DNA of 64,000 nt, taken from contig NC_042998.1 in the NCBI RefSeq assembly GCF_006345805.1, forward strand, positions 31,434,001 through 31,498,000, read 5' to 3'. This document shows positions 12,512 through 25,271 of the stretch, piece after piece. Made by a program: the position numbers and the translations under genes. The DNA comes from Octopus sinensis (Eukaryota). The notes beneath the pieces were generated by a model that had not been told where the DNA came from, did not search any database, and saw nothing but the letters and a program-made list of their open reading frames with translations. Numbering within the stretch: position 1 is the stretch's first letter; each line of letters starts with the position of its first letter.

Positions 12512-12761
12512 CAACAACAACAACAATAAAAATAATAATAATGATAGCAGAAAAAAAGAAGAGTGTCATTGTTATCAAGTGAACGATATATCGACATCTC
12601 ATGTATCTTCCACATGTTAAAAAAATAAACTTGTCAATCTACTTCATTTTTGGTAATACTCATAGGATTGCGGTAACTCCTCCAGAAGATTTAGAAGCAA
12701 ACAAAAAAATTGATGTGTGCCATTGTTATCAAGTGAACTATATTATCATTATTATTATTAA

Positions 12762-12859
<98 letters not shown>

Positions 12860-12871
12860 GTAGTAGTAGTA

Positions 12872-12951
<80 letters not shown>
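12374..12951. repeat. Compound (AAT)n/(GAT)n/(ATT)n/(AGT)n microsatellite field with short unique spacers
   Basis: Seen directly. Confidence 0.9.
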
Positions 12952-12955
<4 letters not shown>

Positions 12956-14481
12956 CTTAGAAACTTAGATAAAACTTAGATATGTTTCGACCAGAGATTG
13001 GTCCAGGCCATGTCTAACTTAATAGCACCACCTGATAGGATTATTCGAATCCTGTTTAAGTCAAGTTTTGTTCAAGTAGTGAGTTCTTGTTGGGTGAGTT
13101 GTATCCAGTTTTGTTCAAGTAGTGAGTTCTTGTTGGGTGAGTTGTATCCAATTATGGGTGGCTTATCTGGTATTCTTTGAAGGAATCTATTCAGACTCTG
13201 TTTGAAGTTGATGGGATCCTTTTCCTCTTTGATCTCCCTCGGGACAATGTTAAATAGGGCAGGGCCTGTTGAGGAAAAGAAATTATGTTGCAGTGTACAT
13301 GTATGTTGTGATCTTGAATTTGGCAGGGGACGTATAGCCCGTGGTCCAAGTCTCGGATGAACCTTGAAGCTAATGTTTAGGTCGTTTGGGCAAAGTTGGC
13401 GGTATATTTTCCACATCGTACAAATGATGTACCGCTCACGGCGACGCTGGAGGGAGTAAAGTTTCAAGGCTTTAAGGCGATCCCAATAGTCGAGAGCAGC
13501 CATGCCTTCAATTTGTTTAGTGAGAGCCCTCTGGGGTGACTCAATTCTGGAGATGTTTTGTCTTGTGTGAGGAGACCACAGTGGGCAGCAGTATTCAAGG
13601 TGTGGCCGTACAAAGGATGAAAAAAGTGGTATGATGACACCTTGTTCTCTGGACCGGAAAGTTCTTAAGATCCAGGAACTCATCCTACGAGCTGTATCGA
13701 CCTTCTTGTTGATGTGTGCACTCCAACTGAGATCGTCATCAACAATTACACCCAGGTCTCTGATATTGTTAGAGGCTGTGAGCGGTTCCCCTGAAGGAAG
13801 AGAGTATGGTTGTTTTAGTGAGGAATTTCTTCCAAAATGCATCAGCTCAAATTTTCCCTCATTCAGTTGCATTTTGTTTCTGTCTGCCCATTGACTCACA
13901 GCATATAGGTCAGACTGGAGTTGAGTTCGGTCTGCTTCTTCATTGACGATTTGCTGGAGCTTAGTGTCATCAGCGAATATTTTCACTTTGCAGTGATGTA
14001 CGACACTGGAAAGGTCGTTTACATAAATTATGAAGAGTAGCGGACCCAAAACAGTTCCCTGGGGAACACCGCTGGTGACTTTTGCTGGGTTTGAGTGGAC
14101 TCCATCAACTACAACATGTTGTGTTCTATTCGCTAGGAAATACTGAATCCAGTGTAGAACTCTTCCACGGATTCCAACATTTGCCAATTTTGAGAGTAGG
14201 ATGTTATGGTCTACCCTGTCGAACGCTTTACTGAAGTCAAGGTATATGACGTCAGAGTTCGAACCTGTTCCCAAGGCTTTGAGTACATCTTCAATGTGGT
14301 GTAAGAGCTGTGTTAGACAGTCCCTGCCACAGCGAAAGCCATGCTGATTTGAATTTAGGAGTTTGTGGGTCTCCAGGAAGTCAGCTATCCTTGATCTTAA
14401 CACTCTTTCAAACACTTTAATGATGTGGGAGGTGAGTGAGATTGGGCGATAGTTGACTGGGAGGGATCTGTTTCCCTGTTT
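12952..14481 (-). mobile_element. CR1/L2-type LINE, 5'-truncated, young
   Basis: Open RT frame; 3' stem-loop GACC(AATCTCT)GGTC followed by short CTAAGTTT tail repeats; microsatellite flanks. Confidence 0.92.
13072..14415 (-). CDS. Non-LTR retrotransposon reverse transcriptase (CR1/L2 clade ORF2, C-terminal part)
   Basis: QHGFR, YLDFSKAFD, SGVPQGTVLGPLLF, FADD, RDLGV, RPHLEYC, YSLQRRRER; frame stays open to the truncation at about 14480 (NYRPISLTS). Confidence 0.93.
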   Translation of the reverse strand: MFERVLRSRIADFLETHKLLNSNQHGFRCGRDCLTQLLHHIEDVLKALGTGSNSDVIYLDFSKAFDRVDHNILLSKLANVGIRGRVLHWIQYFLANRTQHVVVDGVHSNPAKVTSGVPQGTVLGPLLFIIYVNDLSSVVHHCKVKIFADDTKLQQIVNEEADRTQLQSDLYAVSQWADRNKMQLNEGKFELMHFGRNSSLKQPYSLPSGEPLTASNNIRDLGVIVDDDLSWSAHINKKVDTARRMSSWILRTFRSREQGVIIPLFSSFVRPHLEYCCPLWSPHTRQNISRIESPQRALTKQIEGMAALDYWDRLKALKLYSLQRRRERYIICTMWKIYRQLCPNDLNISFKVHPRLGPRAIRPLPNSRSQHTCTLQHNFFSSTGPALFNIVPREIKEEKDPINFKQSLNRFLQRIPDKPPIIGYNSPNKNSLLEQNWIQLTQQELTT

Positions 14482-14504
14482 GATAATAATATAATAATAA
14501 TAAT

Positions 14505-14680
14505 ATAAAGGAAATTGGAATAGAGTGCCCAGTAGAAATGTTACAAAAACGTTTGCCTCCTTGGCACGGGCAGAATAATCAGGAAAGTAATAGATAGTTG
14601 AAAAGAACGAATAGCATGGTACCGTGGGCTACGCATGCAAAGCTCCAAAATCTCCAACAAAACCTGTGATAAAGAGATAA
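14505..14680 (+). mobile_element. R4/Dong-like LINE extreme 3' fragment
   Basis: KEIGIECPVEMLQK then, after a frameshift, LLGTGRIIRKVIDS*; AAT on both sides. Confidence 0.65.
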
Positions 14681-14827
14681 TAATAATAATATATCATAAG
14701 CATGATCATGACCATTATTATTTCACCGATATCAACTTTACCTTTCATCCATTTTGGACAAATTAAATGATGTACCAGTCAAATGCTGACCTTCTGCCAA
14801 AATTCGAAACACTATATTATTATTATT

Positions 14828-15351
14828 GAGTGAGAGAACAGTGCATGCACTGGGGTAAAATATACGAAGCCCAGTATAGCCATCATAACTACCCGTCTGA
14901 TAAGGGTACACCAGGCACATGCATCACAGCCATGTGTGTGCGACATGGTGATCTCATATCAAGATAAACAGCACATGACCTTGCAGGTGGGGCCCAGTTA
15001 GAATTTTCTTCTGATCGAGTAGCCCATCCCACTCAAAAGATCCCTGAATAAGGGTTGTTTAAGGACGTTTCCTGAGGTGAATTATTCAAACTCCAAAGAA
15101 TCCCTCTCAACACATGGCTATGATGCTCCCCCACTACTTCTGCTTGTGATCAGAGATGCATATATCATCATCCCCTAAGGGACATGCTCAACTGGTTAAG
15201 GTCAAACAACTGACAAGCAAATATGTGGTATTGAGCAGAATATTTGCTGTAGCCCATCTTTTATACCAAGACAAAATAATGTACATGATAACACTTCCAA
15301 TCAGTTAAGATCAGAAGCCACGAGAGTCACTGCCTTGTACTGCATCAGAGA

Positions 15352-15352
<1 letters not shown>
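14828..15352 (-). mobile_element. ORF-less element of about 556 bp embedded in (AAT)n, copy 1
   Basis: Reverse complement of 59634-60189 with small deletions; (ATT)n on both sides. Confidence 0.9.
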
Positions 15353-15385
<33 letters not shown>

Positions 15386-15511
15386 TAGTTTTATTTTCGA
15401 CAAAGAAAATATTAGTAATGCAAAGAAGTTGGTGTATCGAATTCCTGCTCCCTCAAAATAGCAGGCTTTGCACCTAAAATAGAAGCAATTTTTATTACTA
15501 TATCCACGTAT

Positions 15512-15716
15512 AAGGCGGTGTATTGGCAGAATCGTTAGTACACCGGGTGAAATGCTTAGTGGAATTTTGTCCGTCTTTACGCTCTGAGTTCAAATTCTGT
15601 CGAGGTCGACTTTGCCTTTCATCCTGTCGGGGTCGATAAATTTAGTGCCAGTTGAGTACTGGAGTCGACTGTCCTTCCCACGAAAACCAGGCCTTGTGCC
15701 TATAATAGAAAGGATT
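15512..15716 (+). mobile_element. SINE family A (alternative-tail subfamily)
   Basis: AAGGCGG..TGGCAGAATCGTTAG..GAGTTCAAATTC..GTCGACTTTGCCTTTCATCC. Confidence 0.85.
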
Positions 15717-16099
15717 ATACTGACCTACTGAACTGATCAGAAGTGCTTTGCTTTGTCGCGTAAGTTCAAGAATAATAATTTTTTGCTAACGAAGTAACAT
15801 TAAAAAGCGTGTCATTTGCTTCTGTGGCGAGAAAAAGTAGTGTAAGAAACTCTAGAAGCACCAAAAACATTTTAAAGGACACGAGAGTACATACACTGGC
15901 CTATCGTTGCATTGATTTAAAAAGATGGAATGAAATTCCAAACATGTTCCAGATACAAAGGCGGAAAATAACTCCTTTTTTAAAATGCCAGATTAATCCT
16001 CATGCATTTATATTCATTCCGACCTTAGGTGGATGTGAGACCAGAAATGAAGACCTACTAATTCGTAGAAGCCAACTCAATCGAAAATAAATATGAGAT

Positions 16100-16490
16100 G
16101 ACAAACTTATAGATATTTCCAACCATATCGTTCTTGGTCTACCCCAACATCTGCTGGTTGGCTCAGCTTAAAGTACCCGTCTGGCCTTTCTTTCCTGCGA
16201 TATTCTAATCATGTGTCCGTAGTCCCGGAGATCTGACCTGTCAATGAATAGAAGTAGCAGTTTGACAGGGAGAAAATACTCAAACTCTGAGCGACACACC
16301 GTTGAGTAACTTCACTCTAGAGATCCTGCGGAGAAACTCCATTTTGGCTGTATGTATTCGCGATCGTACTCTTTCGTTCATTACCATAAATGAGGATAGG
16401 TGCGGAAACCAAATTGAAGGCTTTTTTTACCGATATCTCGTCTTCTGAGGATCGAATGTTGGAGCTAGCGCATTACTGTGTTGCCAGCAA
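16100..16490 (-). mobile_element. RTE-clade LINE 3' relic
   Basis: APILIYGNE and IDRSDLRDYGHMIRISQERKARRVL..GRPRTIWLEI resemble RTE C-terminal LRWxGHV..RGRPR..W. Confidence 0.7.
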
Positions 16491-16554
16491 CTCACTATAG
16501 TCAAAGAACAAAGCATATAAGTTTGAGCTTAGTGAAGTGAAAGAATGCAATGAA

Positions 16555-16947
16555 AATAAGAGCACTCAGAGAGCGTAAACCTTCGCCAAAGCAACACCAA
16601 TGTCTTCTCAACGATTAGTCGGAGATAATTTTTAAAATGAGAATAGCTGAAATAAACTCAACTGCTCTCACAAACGAGACTACTAAAAGTGAACCCAGCC
16701 GCTCTCAAAAATGAAGTAAAAAAAATCGGAAAAATAATCCAGAATCCTTGTCCGGTACCGGATCGATCCCAAAATCTAGTCAGTTCGTGCCAGTTATAAG
16801 ACCAAATATCCCTGAAAGTTTCATCCGAATCTATCCAGCGGTTCTCGAAATAATCTATTTTGGGGCAAACAAAGAAACAAACAAGCAAAAAACAAACAAA
16901 CACGATGGAAAACAAAACTTTCACCTTCGCTAAGGCAGAGGTAATAA
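16555..16947 (-). mobile_element. Helentron-associated non-autonomous element (HINE/DINE-1-like)
   Basis: 5' TTACCTCTGCC..GCGAAGGT hairpin/subTIR, GTTT microsatellite, 3' GGCGAAGGTTT subTIR and terminal hairpin CGCTC(TCT)GAGTG. Confidence 0.6.
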
Positions 16948-17010
16948 AACGATAGAATTCTACAAGCAATGAGAAAATTAATTACAGCAACACAATAATT
17001 ATATTTTCAA

Positions 17011-17152
17011 GTATAGACACAAGATCTGAATTTTTTGGGAAAACTGCTTTCGATTACTTCAACCCCAGGACTCAACCGGAACATATTCTATCACCCCGAA
17101 AGGCTAAGAGGCAAAGTCGGTCTCGGCTGAATTTGAACTCAGAAAATAAACC
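17011..17152 (-). mobile_element. SINE family A, partial
   Basis: GGCAAAGTCGGTCTCGGCTGAATTTGAACTCAGAA core. Confidence 0.7.
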
Positions 17153-17418
17153 CTGAACAAATAGCAATGAAACGTGCTTGAAAAATCTAATTTTGGTGTG
17201 AATTGAAATATGATGAAAAAAAGTACTCGAAAATACTGTGAGGTAGATTGGAATAACACTGATTGTTCAAAGATGAGCCTGGGTGAGTCTCTAGTCGACG
17301 TCCTTCGGAACTGAGAAACTTCGCTGAGTGAGGTTACATATACATGCAAATACTTACGCACACAAACAGATATACAAAACACACACACACACACACGCTC
17401 ACACACACACATATATAT

Positions 17419-17666
17419 ATCGTTGCTATTATGCAAAAGTGTCGTAAGTCCAAAACATTGCTTTTGAAGAAAACGAAAAAATAGTTTCAACATTCCATAG
17501 CAAAACCTTTGTACTACACTTTGAAAATGTTTTATATCTTGGCATCTGAAGCAGCTGGAGATACGATAGTTTGACCGAAAGAACCGGCTATTGCAAGCAA
17601 AAATGAATATCGAAAAAAACGCATTTGGCCAAATTGGACATGCGACAGTTTAACATAATAGCAACG

Positions 17667-17668
<2 letters not shown>
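17419..17668. mobile_element. About 250-bp element with imperfect terminal inverted repeats in a TA tract
   Basis: CGTTGCTATTATG (17421-17433) / CATAATAGCAACG (17654-17666) perfect, 28 of 33 bp when extended. Confidence 0.65.
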
Positions 17669-17746
<78 letters not shown>

Positions 17747-17782
17747 TGTGTATGTATGTATGTATGTGTGTGTATGTATGTA

Positions 17783-17818
<36 letters not shown>

Positions 17819-18032
17819 TGCATGCACGTGCCTGTGTCTAAGTGTGTGTGTTCGACAGTTGCATAGAGGATTCGAAAATGCTTTCACAATCATTGCACAT
17901 ACATTGTATCTAATAAAAAGTAATTAAAGTTTAAATTTACATTGCATTCGGCTGAGCCTTTCTTCGTTTGGATGCCTCTCTTAAAATTATATATAAATAC
18001 ATATATATATATATACACATATATTCATACAT

Positions 18033-18091
<59 letters not shown>

Positions 18092-18640
18092 CGTTTAGAT
18101 TCCATACACATGCATAAACACAACTCCATATATACTCCTCTCTATCTATCTATCTATCTATCTATCTATGTTTGCATACATACATACATACATGCATACA
18201 CACATATACATTTGCTTAAGTGTTTTAGATTATTCCCCCACAAAATGTTTTCAATACGATGGCAGTTTATAAAGTGCTTCACTGATCAGTAAACATGTTA
18301 CATTTCCGACATACCTCTCATAGACTTTTTTTCTTTGAAAATACATATTTTGTATTTCTATCTCTCCGTTATCCACGCTCTTGGCTTTATTCGCTGGATC
18401 AATATGTTTAGCTCACTAGTATTAAACAATGTATCTCGTACACACTGACACGAATGCATGCGCACTTGCTTACATTTACACATGGTATATATATATATGT
18501 ACACACACTAGAATGAATAGAGATGTGTATGTATGTGTATGGTTCAGTGTGTGCATATACGTCGATGTGTTCGGTGTACTTAGTATATGTACACATGTGA
18601 ACATACATGTACACCAATGTACACACAAACGCTCGTATAT

Positions 18641-18720
18641 GTGTGCGTGTGGTTGTGTGTGCGTGTGGTTGTGTGTGCGTGTGGTTGTGTGTGCGTGTGG
18701 TTGTGTGTGCGTGTGGTTGT
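18641..18720. repeat. 16-bp minisatellite (GTGTGCGTGTGGTTGT) x5
   Basis: GGTT recurs at 18651, 18667, 18683, 18699 and 18715. Confidence 0.95.
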
Positions 18721-18805
18721 GTGTGTGTCTTTATATATGAATATATACATGCATGTAACATTATATATGGTTTATGTATCTGTGTTACACACATTCACAG
18801 TATTT

Positions 18806-18840
18806 GTCTATCTGTCTATCTATCTATCTATCTATATCCA

Positions 18841-18911
<71 letters not shown>

Positions 18912-18986
18912 ATCTATCTATCTATCTATATCTATCTATCTATATCTATCTATCTATCTATCTATCTATATCTATCTATCTATCTA

Positions 18987-19021
<35 letters not shown>

Positions 19022-19022
19022 A

Positions 19023-19073
<51 letters not shown>

Positions 19074-19078
19074 ATATA
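18806..19078. repeat. (TCTA)n/(TC)n microsatellite
   Basis: Seen directly. Confidence 0.95.
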
Positions 19079-19282
19079 TCTAGAGGAGGAGAAACACATA
19101 CATATACACATATATACACACGCAGACATGTATTTGCACTTTAGATACGATTATTCATTGAATTTTAAAAATAAACTATACACAAGTATTTAAAATAACT
19201 AAAAGAAAAGTGTAAGAACGATAATAAATGTGAGAAAATCTTATTTCGTAGACAACCATCTTTTAGTTCGAGTGGATGAGAG

Positions 19283-19574
19283 GAAAGAAAGAGGGGGAAA
19301 GAAAGAAAGAGGAAAGAGAGAGGGAGAGAGAGAGAGGTGGGAGAGAGGGAGAGGACGATAGAGGGATGTGAATGGAAGATGACAAGAGATAGTAGATGGA
19401 TACAAAGGAATGAAAATAAAAGATAGGGAGTGGAAGTAAAAGGGGATAGGTAGATAGGTAGAGAGAGATTGAAAGAGAGAGATATAGGGAGAGAGAAAGT
19501 AAGAGTGAGGGGGGAGAAAAGAGAAAGTCGCAGTGTAAGAAATGAACGTAAAACTTGATATGAGAGGGAGAAAC

Positions 19575-19606
<32 letters not shown>

Positions 19607-19793
19607 TAGAAGTGAAAAGGAGAGAGCGCGTGTAAGAGAGAGGGAGATAGAACAGGGGAGGGAGAAAGAAAGGGGAAGCATCATGAATGACGAGCAGAAT
19701 GGAGGAGAGAAGAAAAGGGTGAAAATGTGAGTTGGAAATAAAAGAAGTGTTTAAGTGAGAGTAAGGTGGAAAGATTGGGAAGAAAAAAGAGCA

Positions 19794-19853
<60 letters not shown>

Positions 19854-19872
19854 ATAAAGGAAGAGAAAAAAG
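19283..19872. repeat. Polypurine GA-rich low-complexity tract
   Basis: Seen directly; (GA)n runs. Confidence 0.9.
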
Positions 19873-19969
19873 AAGATATGTATATAAGGAATATAAAATG
19901 AATGTCGAGAACGGGTGAGTGCCAAATATGTAAAAGAATCGCTGAAATTACTATAAAAATATGTCGATA

Positions 19970-19970
<1 letters not shown>

Positions 19971-20000
<30 letters not shown>

Positions 20001-20126
20001 GATTCTACTACTACTACTACTGATTCTACTACTACTACACTATTACTACTACTACTGATTCTACTACTACTAATACTACTACCACTATTACTACCACCAC
20101 TACTACTACTACTACTACTACCACTA

Positions 20127-20181
<55 letters not shown>
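19971..20181. repeat. (CTA)n microsatellite
   Basis: Seen directly. Confidence 0.95.
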
Positions 20182-20183
<2 letters not shown>

Positions 20184-20516
20184 TTATCTCTTATTTCGTT
20201 ACTTGTTTCAGTCATTTAACAGCGGCCATGCTGGAGCACCGCCTTTAGTCGAGTAAATCTACTTTTATATATACATCCATATCGAAACGTGTATGTAGCA
20301 TTGCAAACGCGGGTATACCAACCTCATTTCTAATGCTTTTATATAATTCATACAGTAAGTTTCTTAGTATAGTTCGCATAAAAACTAATAAAGGCGCCTC
20401 TAACGTGATTATTTCCCCCAACAATTATTATAGAACACATAAGCAAGATAAACGTCTTGATCTGATCGCGAAACGAGAACATGTGGCAGAACATTTTGGT
20501 GCCATAGTCCGTAATA

Positions 20517-21769
20517 TCAGGTCATCCCATAAGTAATGTTCGGACTTCTATATTTTCAATTTATAAACGATTTACCAGTATTTTAGAAAGTCTAATGGCA
20601 TCAAGTAATATTCATATATGTTCGGACAGATTTAAATTATTTAAATATCATTTTGCAGTACAATCTAGTTGAAATTACACTAACCATAGCTCTTCGAACA
20701 TGAAGTGTCCAAAGAGCATTTCAGGCACATAACATAATGCTTTATGAGTTTTAAAAAGGGAATTCTGCAGCTGAAGCGACTCGAAATATTCACTCAGTTT
20801 ATGGAGAAGAGTGCCTGAATGAAGGAACTTGCCGAAGATGGTTTGTAATATTCAGAGGTGGAGATTTCAACGTTGAAGATGAGACCCAAACAGGATATCC
20901 AACTGAGTTTGATGACAAGCTCCCTCCTTTTGGCAGAACTTGATAGAGATCATGCTGTTTAAATTGAAGAATTGGCAAACAAGCTTCGTTCAAGCCATGC
21001 AGCTAATCACCACCATCTTGAACAGCTTGGAAAGATCCCAAAACTCAGATTTTGTCTGAAGTCATCTGCTCTTCTCCTCATTCTCGTAAACTCATATCGC
21101 CCTTTTTGGAGACACTGGTGACTGTTGATTGATAAAAAGTGGGCCTTTTATCAAAATATTAAGAGTCGTAGACACTGATTTGATGAAGGGGAAAAAGCCC
21201 AATCACATCCGAAAAGTGAACTCCATGCGAAGAATGTTCTTCTCTGTGTTTGGTGGGATTGCAAAGGAATCAAGTTGCTACCAACTAATGCAACAACCAA
21301 TGCTCAAATCTGCAGTCAGGAATTAGAGCGTTCGAACGCTGCTTTGAAGCAAAAAAGGCTTGTTTTAGTGAATCGAAAGGGAGTGGTGTTTCATCAGGAC
21401 AATGCAAGACCCCACACTGCAAAAATCACGTCACAGAAGATCGAAAAACTTGGCTGGGAGAAAGTTGCTCACCTGTCTTATATCCCAGACCTTGTTCCTT
21501 CAAATTACCGTTTGTTCAGTAGTCTACAGTATCATTTGTATAGAGTAACTTTCGAAATGACTGAGGAAGTCGAAACTTACCTTTCAGAGTTCTCCTCTTC
21601 GAAACCGAAAGGGTTTTTCAGTAATGGGATTAAGAAGTCTACGAGTAGATGGAAAGATGTCATAGATAATCATGGAAACTCTATTGACGATTATATTTCA
21701 TTTAAATGTAAGATTTGATCACTTGTTTTCTTTATCTAAAATGTGGGCATTATTTATGGGATGACCTGA
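20517..21769 (+). mobile_element. Full-length defective mariner transposon (1253 bp)
   Basis: TIR TCAGGTCATCCCATAA at both ends (22 bp with one mismatch), TA TSDs at 20515-20516 and 21770-21771, disrupted transposase. Confidence 0.93.
21275..21718 (+). pseudogene. Mariner transposase C-terminal catalytic fragment
   Basis: FHQDNARPH, YIPDLVPSNY (YSPDLAPSDY-like), GIKKSTSRW; upstream part broken by stops and frameshifts. Confidence 0.9.
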
Positions 21770-22192
21770 TAGTCTCATCAGATATATGTTGCAAACTCTT
21801 TGGATTAATTAAAATAGAACAAGCCTATAACCCTAGGCACAAAGACTGCTAGCAGCTGCATTTGGAAGGGTGGGTTTTCCTATAACACATACATTGATAA
21901 TATGTTACTTCTTTCATTATTATATGACTACTAGATAACGAAATAACCATCTAATTATTCGATTTCCCTGTTTGATAATATGTTAATTAACTGTTGACAG
22001 TGGAAAGACTTGCACTACTGGGGTACATACGCAGGTTACTCCCCATCTAGTAAATGAAAATGAAAACCCAACACTAAGTTTGAGAAGTTGGGTCTTACAA
22101 AAAAAATGGCAAGATTCAACAACAAGAACTATTAAAATCAAGGAACGCCGCAAAATTCAATCTTTTACAAAATGACGAAGATCAAATGCATA

Positions 22193-22843
22193 GGCGCAGG
22201 CGTGGCTGTGTGGAAATAAGTTTGCTGCTCAGCCACATGTTACCGCGTTCAGTGGAACTGAGTGGCATGACGGGCGAGTGTCTTATACTATATGTTTCTT
22301 TACTACCCACAAGGGGCTAAACACACAGGGGACAAACAAGGACAGACAAAGGGATTAAGTCGACTACATCGATCCCAGTGCGTAACTGGTACTTAATTTA
22401 TCGACCCCGAAAGGATGAAAGGCAAAGTCGACCTCGGCGGAATTTGAACTCGGAACGTAACGACAGACGAAATACGGCTACGAATTTCGCCCGGCGTGCT
22501 AACGTTTCTACCAGCTCGCCGCCTTTCTTATACTGTAGTGTCTTATACTATAGCGTCGGGAGGACCAAAGCCTTGTGAGTGGATTTAGTAGACGGAAACC
22601 GAAAGAATCCCGCCTTATATATGTATATGTATGTGTGCGTGTCTTGAGTTTGTCCTCCAACACCGCTTCACTGCTAGTGTTGGTGTTTATGTTTCCGTAA
22701 CTTAGTGGTTCGTCAAAAGAGGCCGATTCAATAAGTACCAGGTATGAAAATAAAATAAGTACTGTGGTTGATTCGTTCGAGTAAAACATTCTTCAAGGAA
22801 GTGCTCCAGCATGGCTGCAGTGAAACAAGGAAAAGGTAAAAGA
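22193..22843 (+). mobile_element. SINE family B (CORE-like) containing a nested family A SINE
   Basis: GGCGCAGGCGTGGCTGTGTGG head; GTGCTCCAGCATGGC..GAAACAAG tail. Confidence 0.85.
22293..22525 (-). mobile_element. SINE family A nested in family B
   Basis: Full copy; duplication GTGTCTTATACTATA at 22278-22292 and 22538-22552. Confidence 0.9.
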
Positions 22844-23087
22844 TACGGTAGACATGTATAAATATGTATTAAAGCGGAGCATGAAAAGCTCTCTGAAATC
22901 CGGCATTTCCGCCAAGCTGTTTCTTGTTGTTTAAATTCCAGTGATGGATACGTTCTTTCTTATTTGGAGATACTCATCGTTTGCTGCAACAGTTTAATGA
23001 CTAAATGCAACAGTATGTGCATACATGTATGAAAATATATTGAGGACGAGAAGTATGTCGAATAAGCAATAAAGAGATTAATCAATT

Positions 23088-23140
<53 letters not shown>

Positions 23141-24803
23141 CAGAGAGAGAGAGAGAGAAAGGAAAGAGAGAAAAGAAAGAGAGACAGAGAGGGAGAGAGA
23201 TAGAGATGGGGTGGTTGAAGCGAAAATATTGGAATACATAAAATTACAATCTTATAAAACAATTTAACGCCACCATTTAAGGATATGAAAGCTAAACTGA
23301 TTTATTAAATTATCATTCTCCAAGTAAATTTTAAAGTTATTCAGGAATGTCAAAATAAAAGGAAAGAAAGAACAATTTTCAGCCACTCGGTGTTGTGTAT
23401 GTATGTGTATGTGTTTATGTGTCTGTGTGTCTGTGAATGGATGCTGTTTTTGCTTCGTATTCCTCAATAATTATGTAGTATAAGAATATATTTGAAAATT
23501 TATTCTTATTTTATAATTATCAAGAGTAAGTAACAAATAGAAAGTTAAGAAAGAATAATGAACTCGAAAGAAATCGATTATAATTCTATTAAAGTAATAT
23601 TGATAACAATAACAACAACGACAGCAAGAAGAGGAATTTGATGATGAAGATTAAAACGAATTTGCTGAAGAGGATGCAGAAAACGGAAATATAGCACTGT
23701 ATAAATGTAAGTTCTTCCTTCTTTCATTTCTCTTGTCTTCTCTCTCTCTCTGAAATCCCAGGAAAGAATGCAGAACAATTAGAAAGAAGGTGAAGAAGAA
23801 AAATAATGAAAGCGTTAAAAATTGCACAGTAATTTTACACTCTATAAACATCAGATATAGAACCTTGAGGGAATATAAAATATATTATGATTAGAAAAGC
23901 AATTGTAAGTGTTAATATACGAAGCTGTTTTTCAATTGTCTAAATGAAATTGCTGATAGCTGTGAAAATGAATTCAACAGTTTTCTCAATAGAAAATGTA
24001 TTTCAAATGTGCACAAGTAGCTATTTTATTTGTTTTAAGACAGTCAATTTGACACAGCGGAGGGCAAAACACCTTACAATGTACTCCTAAGTCTTTTTAC
24101 GCTCTTAGTTCAAATTTTACCAATTTCAGCTTTGCCTTTTATCTTATTCACGTATTAAAGACAATATAATCGATTGCAGTTCTTCCCCAAATCGTAGGTT
24201 TGTATTTATGTGCTTGCTCGTTGTTCGATTACTTTAGATTCAGTCCAAATTTCCAATGGAATTTTAGCTTGAGTCTGAGAAAACGAACAGCGCTCTTCAT
24301 TTCTCCTTTCTCTATTAAAATAGATACGGATTGCTGGTTTCGACTTCTTTTCTGATGACAGAGACTGTATTTAGGTTAAAAACCCCATTTCCTTTCTGTC
24401 TTGTAGGCATTTCGCAATTCTAATTCGAAACGTGACGCTTGTATGTATTCTTCTAGGATCATGAGCACTAACAATGATATGTATGGACATCTTGAAATTT
24501 CACAAGGTTATTTTCTACAGAAAGCACGGAAACTTGAGAAGGAGGCTAGCTTCAGAGAACTATGATCCGAAGGGATAAGAATTAAGCAGTTACTCAACAA
24601 AAGTGTTTGGCGGGTGACGAATAGTAAGAAGGATATGATGAGGAAGAACAAGTAGGTCTGGGATGCATACCTGCCAGCTGTTATAAGAAACATTGAAAGA
24701 ATAAAAAAAGTGGTTAACATCTATCAACTGTGTCTTGTAATATGCTGATAAGGAAAATCTGTTTAGTCATTGGCTTTCTTTTCTGGAGTGTAGGAGACAA
24801 CCG

Positions 24804-25019
24804 TACTCTTTTACTCTTTACTCTTTTTAATTGTTTCAGTTATTTGACTGTGGCCATGCTTGAGCACGCACCGCCTTTAGTTGAGCACATCGACCCCAGG
24901 ACTTATTCTTTGTAAGCCTAGTACTTATTCTGTCGGTCTTTTTTGCCGAACCGTTAAGTTACGTGGACATAAACACACCAGCATTGGTTGTCAAGCGATG
25001 CTGGGGGAACACAGACACA

Positions 25020-25081
<62 letters not shown>

Positions 25082-25271
25082 TACATACATATATATATGT
25101 ATGTTTCCGTCTACAAAATCCACTCAGTTTCCATCTACCAAATCCACTCATAAGGCTTTGGTCAACCCGAGGCTATAATAGAAGACACTTGCCCAAGGTG
25201 CCACGCAGTGGGACTGAACCCGGAACCATGTGGTTCGTAAGCAAGCTACTTACCACACAGCCACTCCTACG
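24804..25271 (-). mobile_element. SINE family B with internal (CA)n
   Basis: Reverse complement of the 31211-31628 consensus. Confidence 0.9.
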
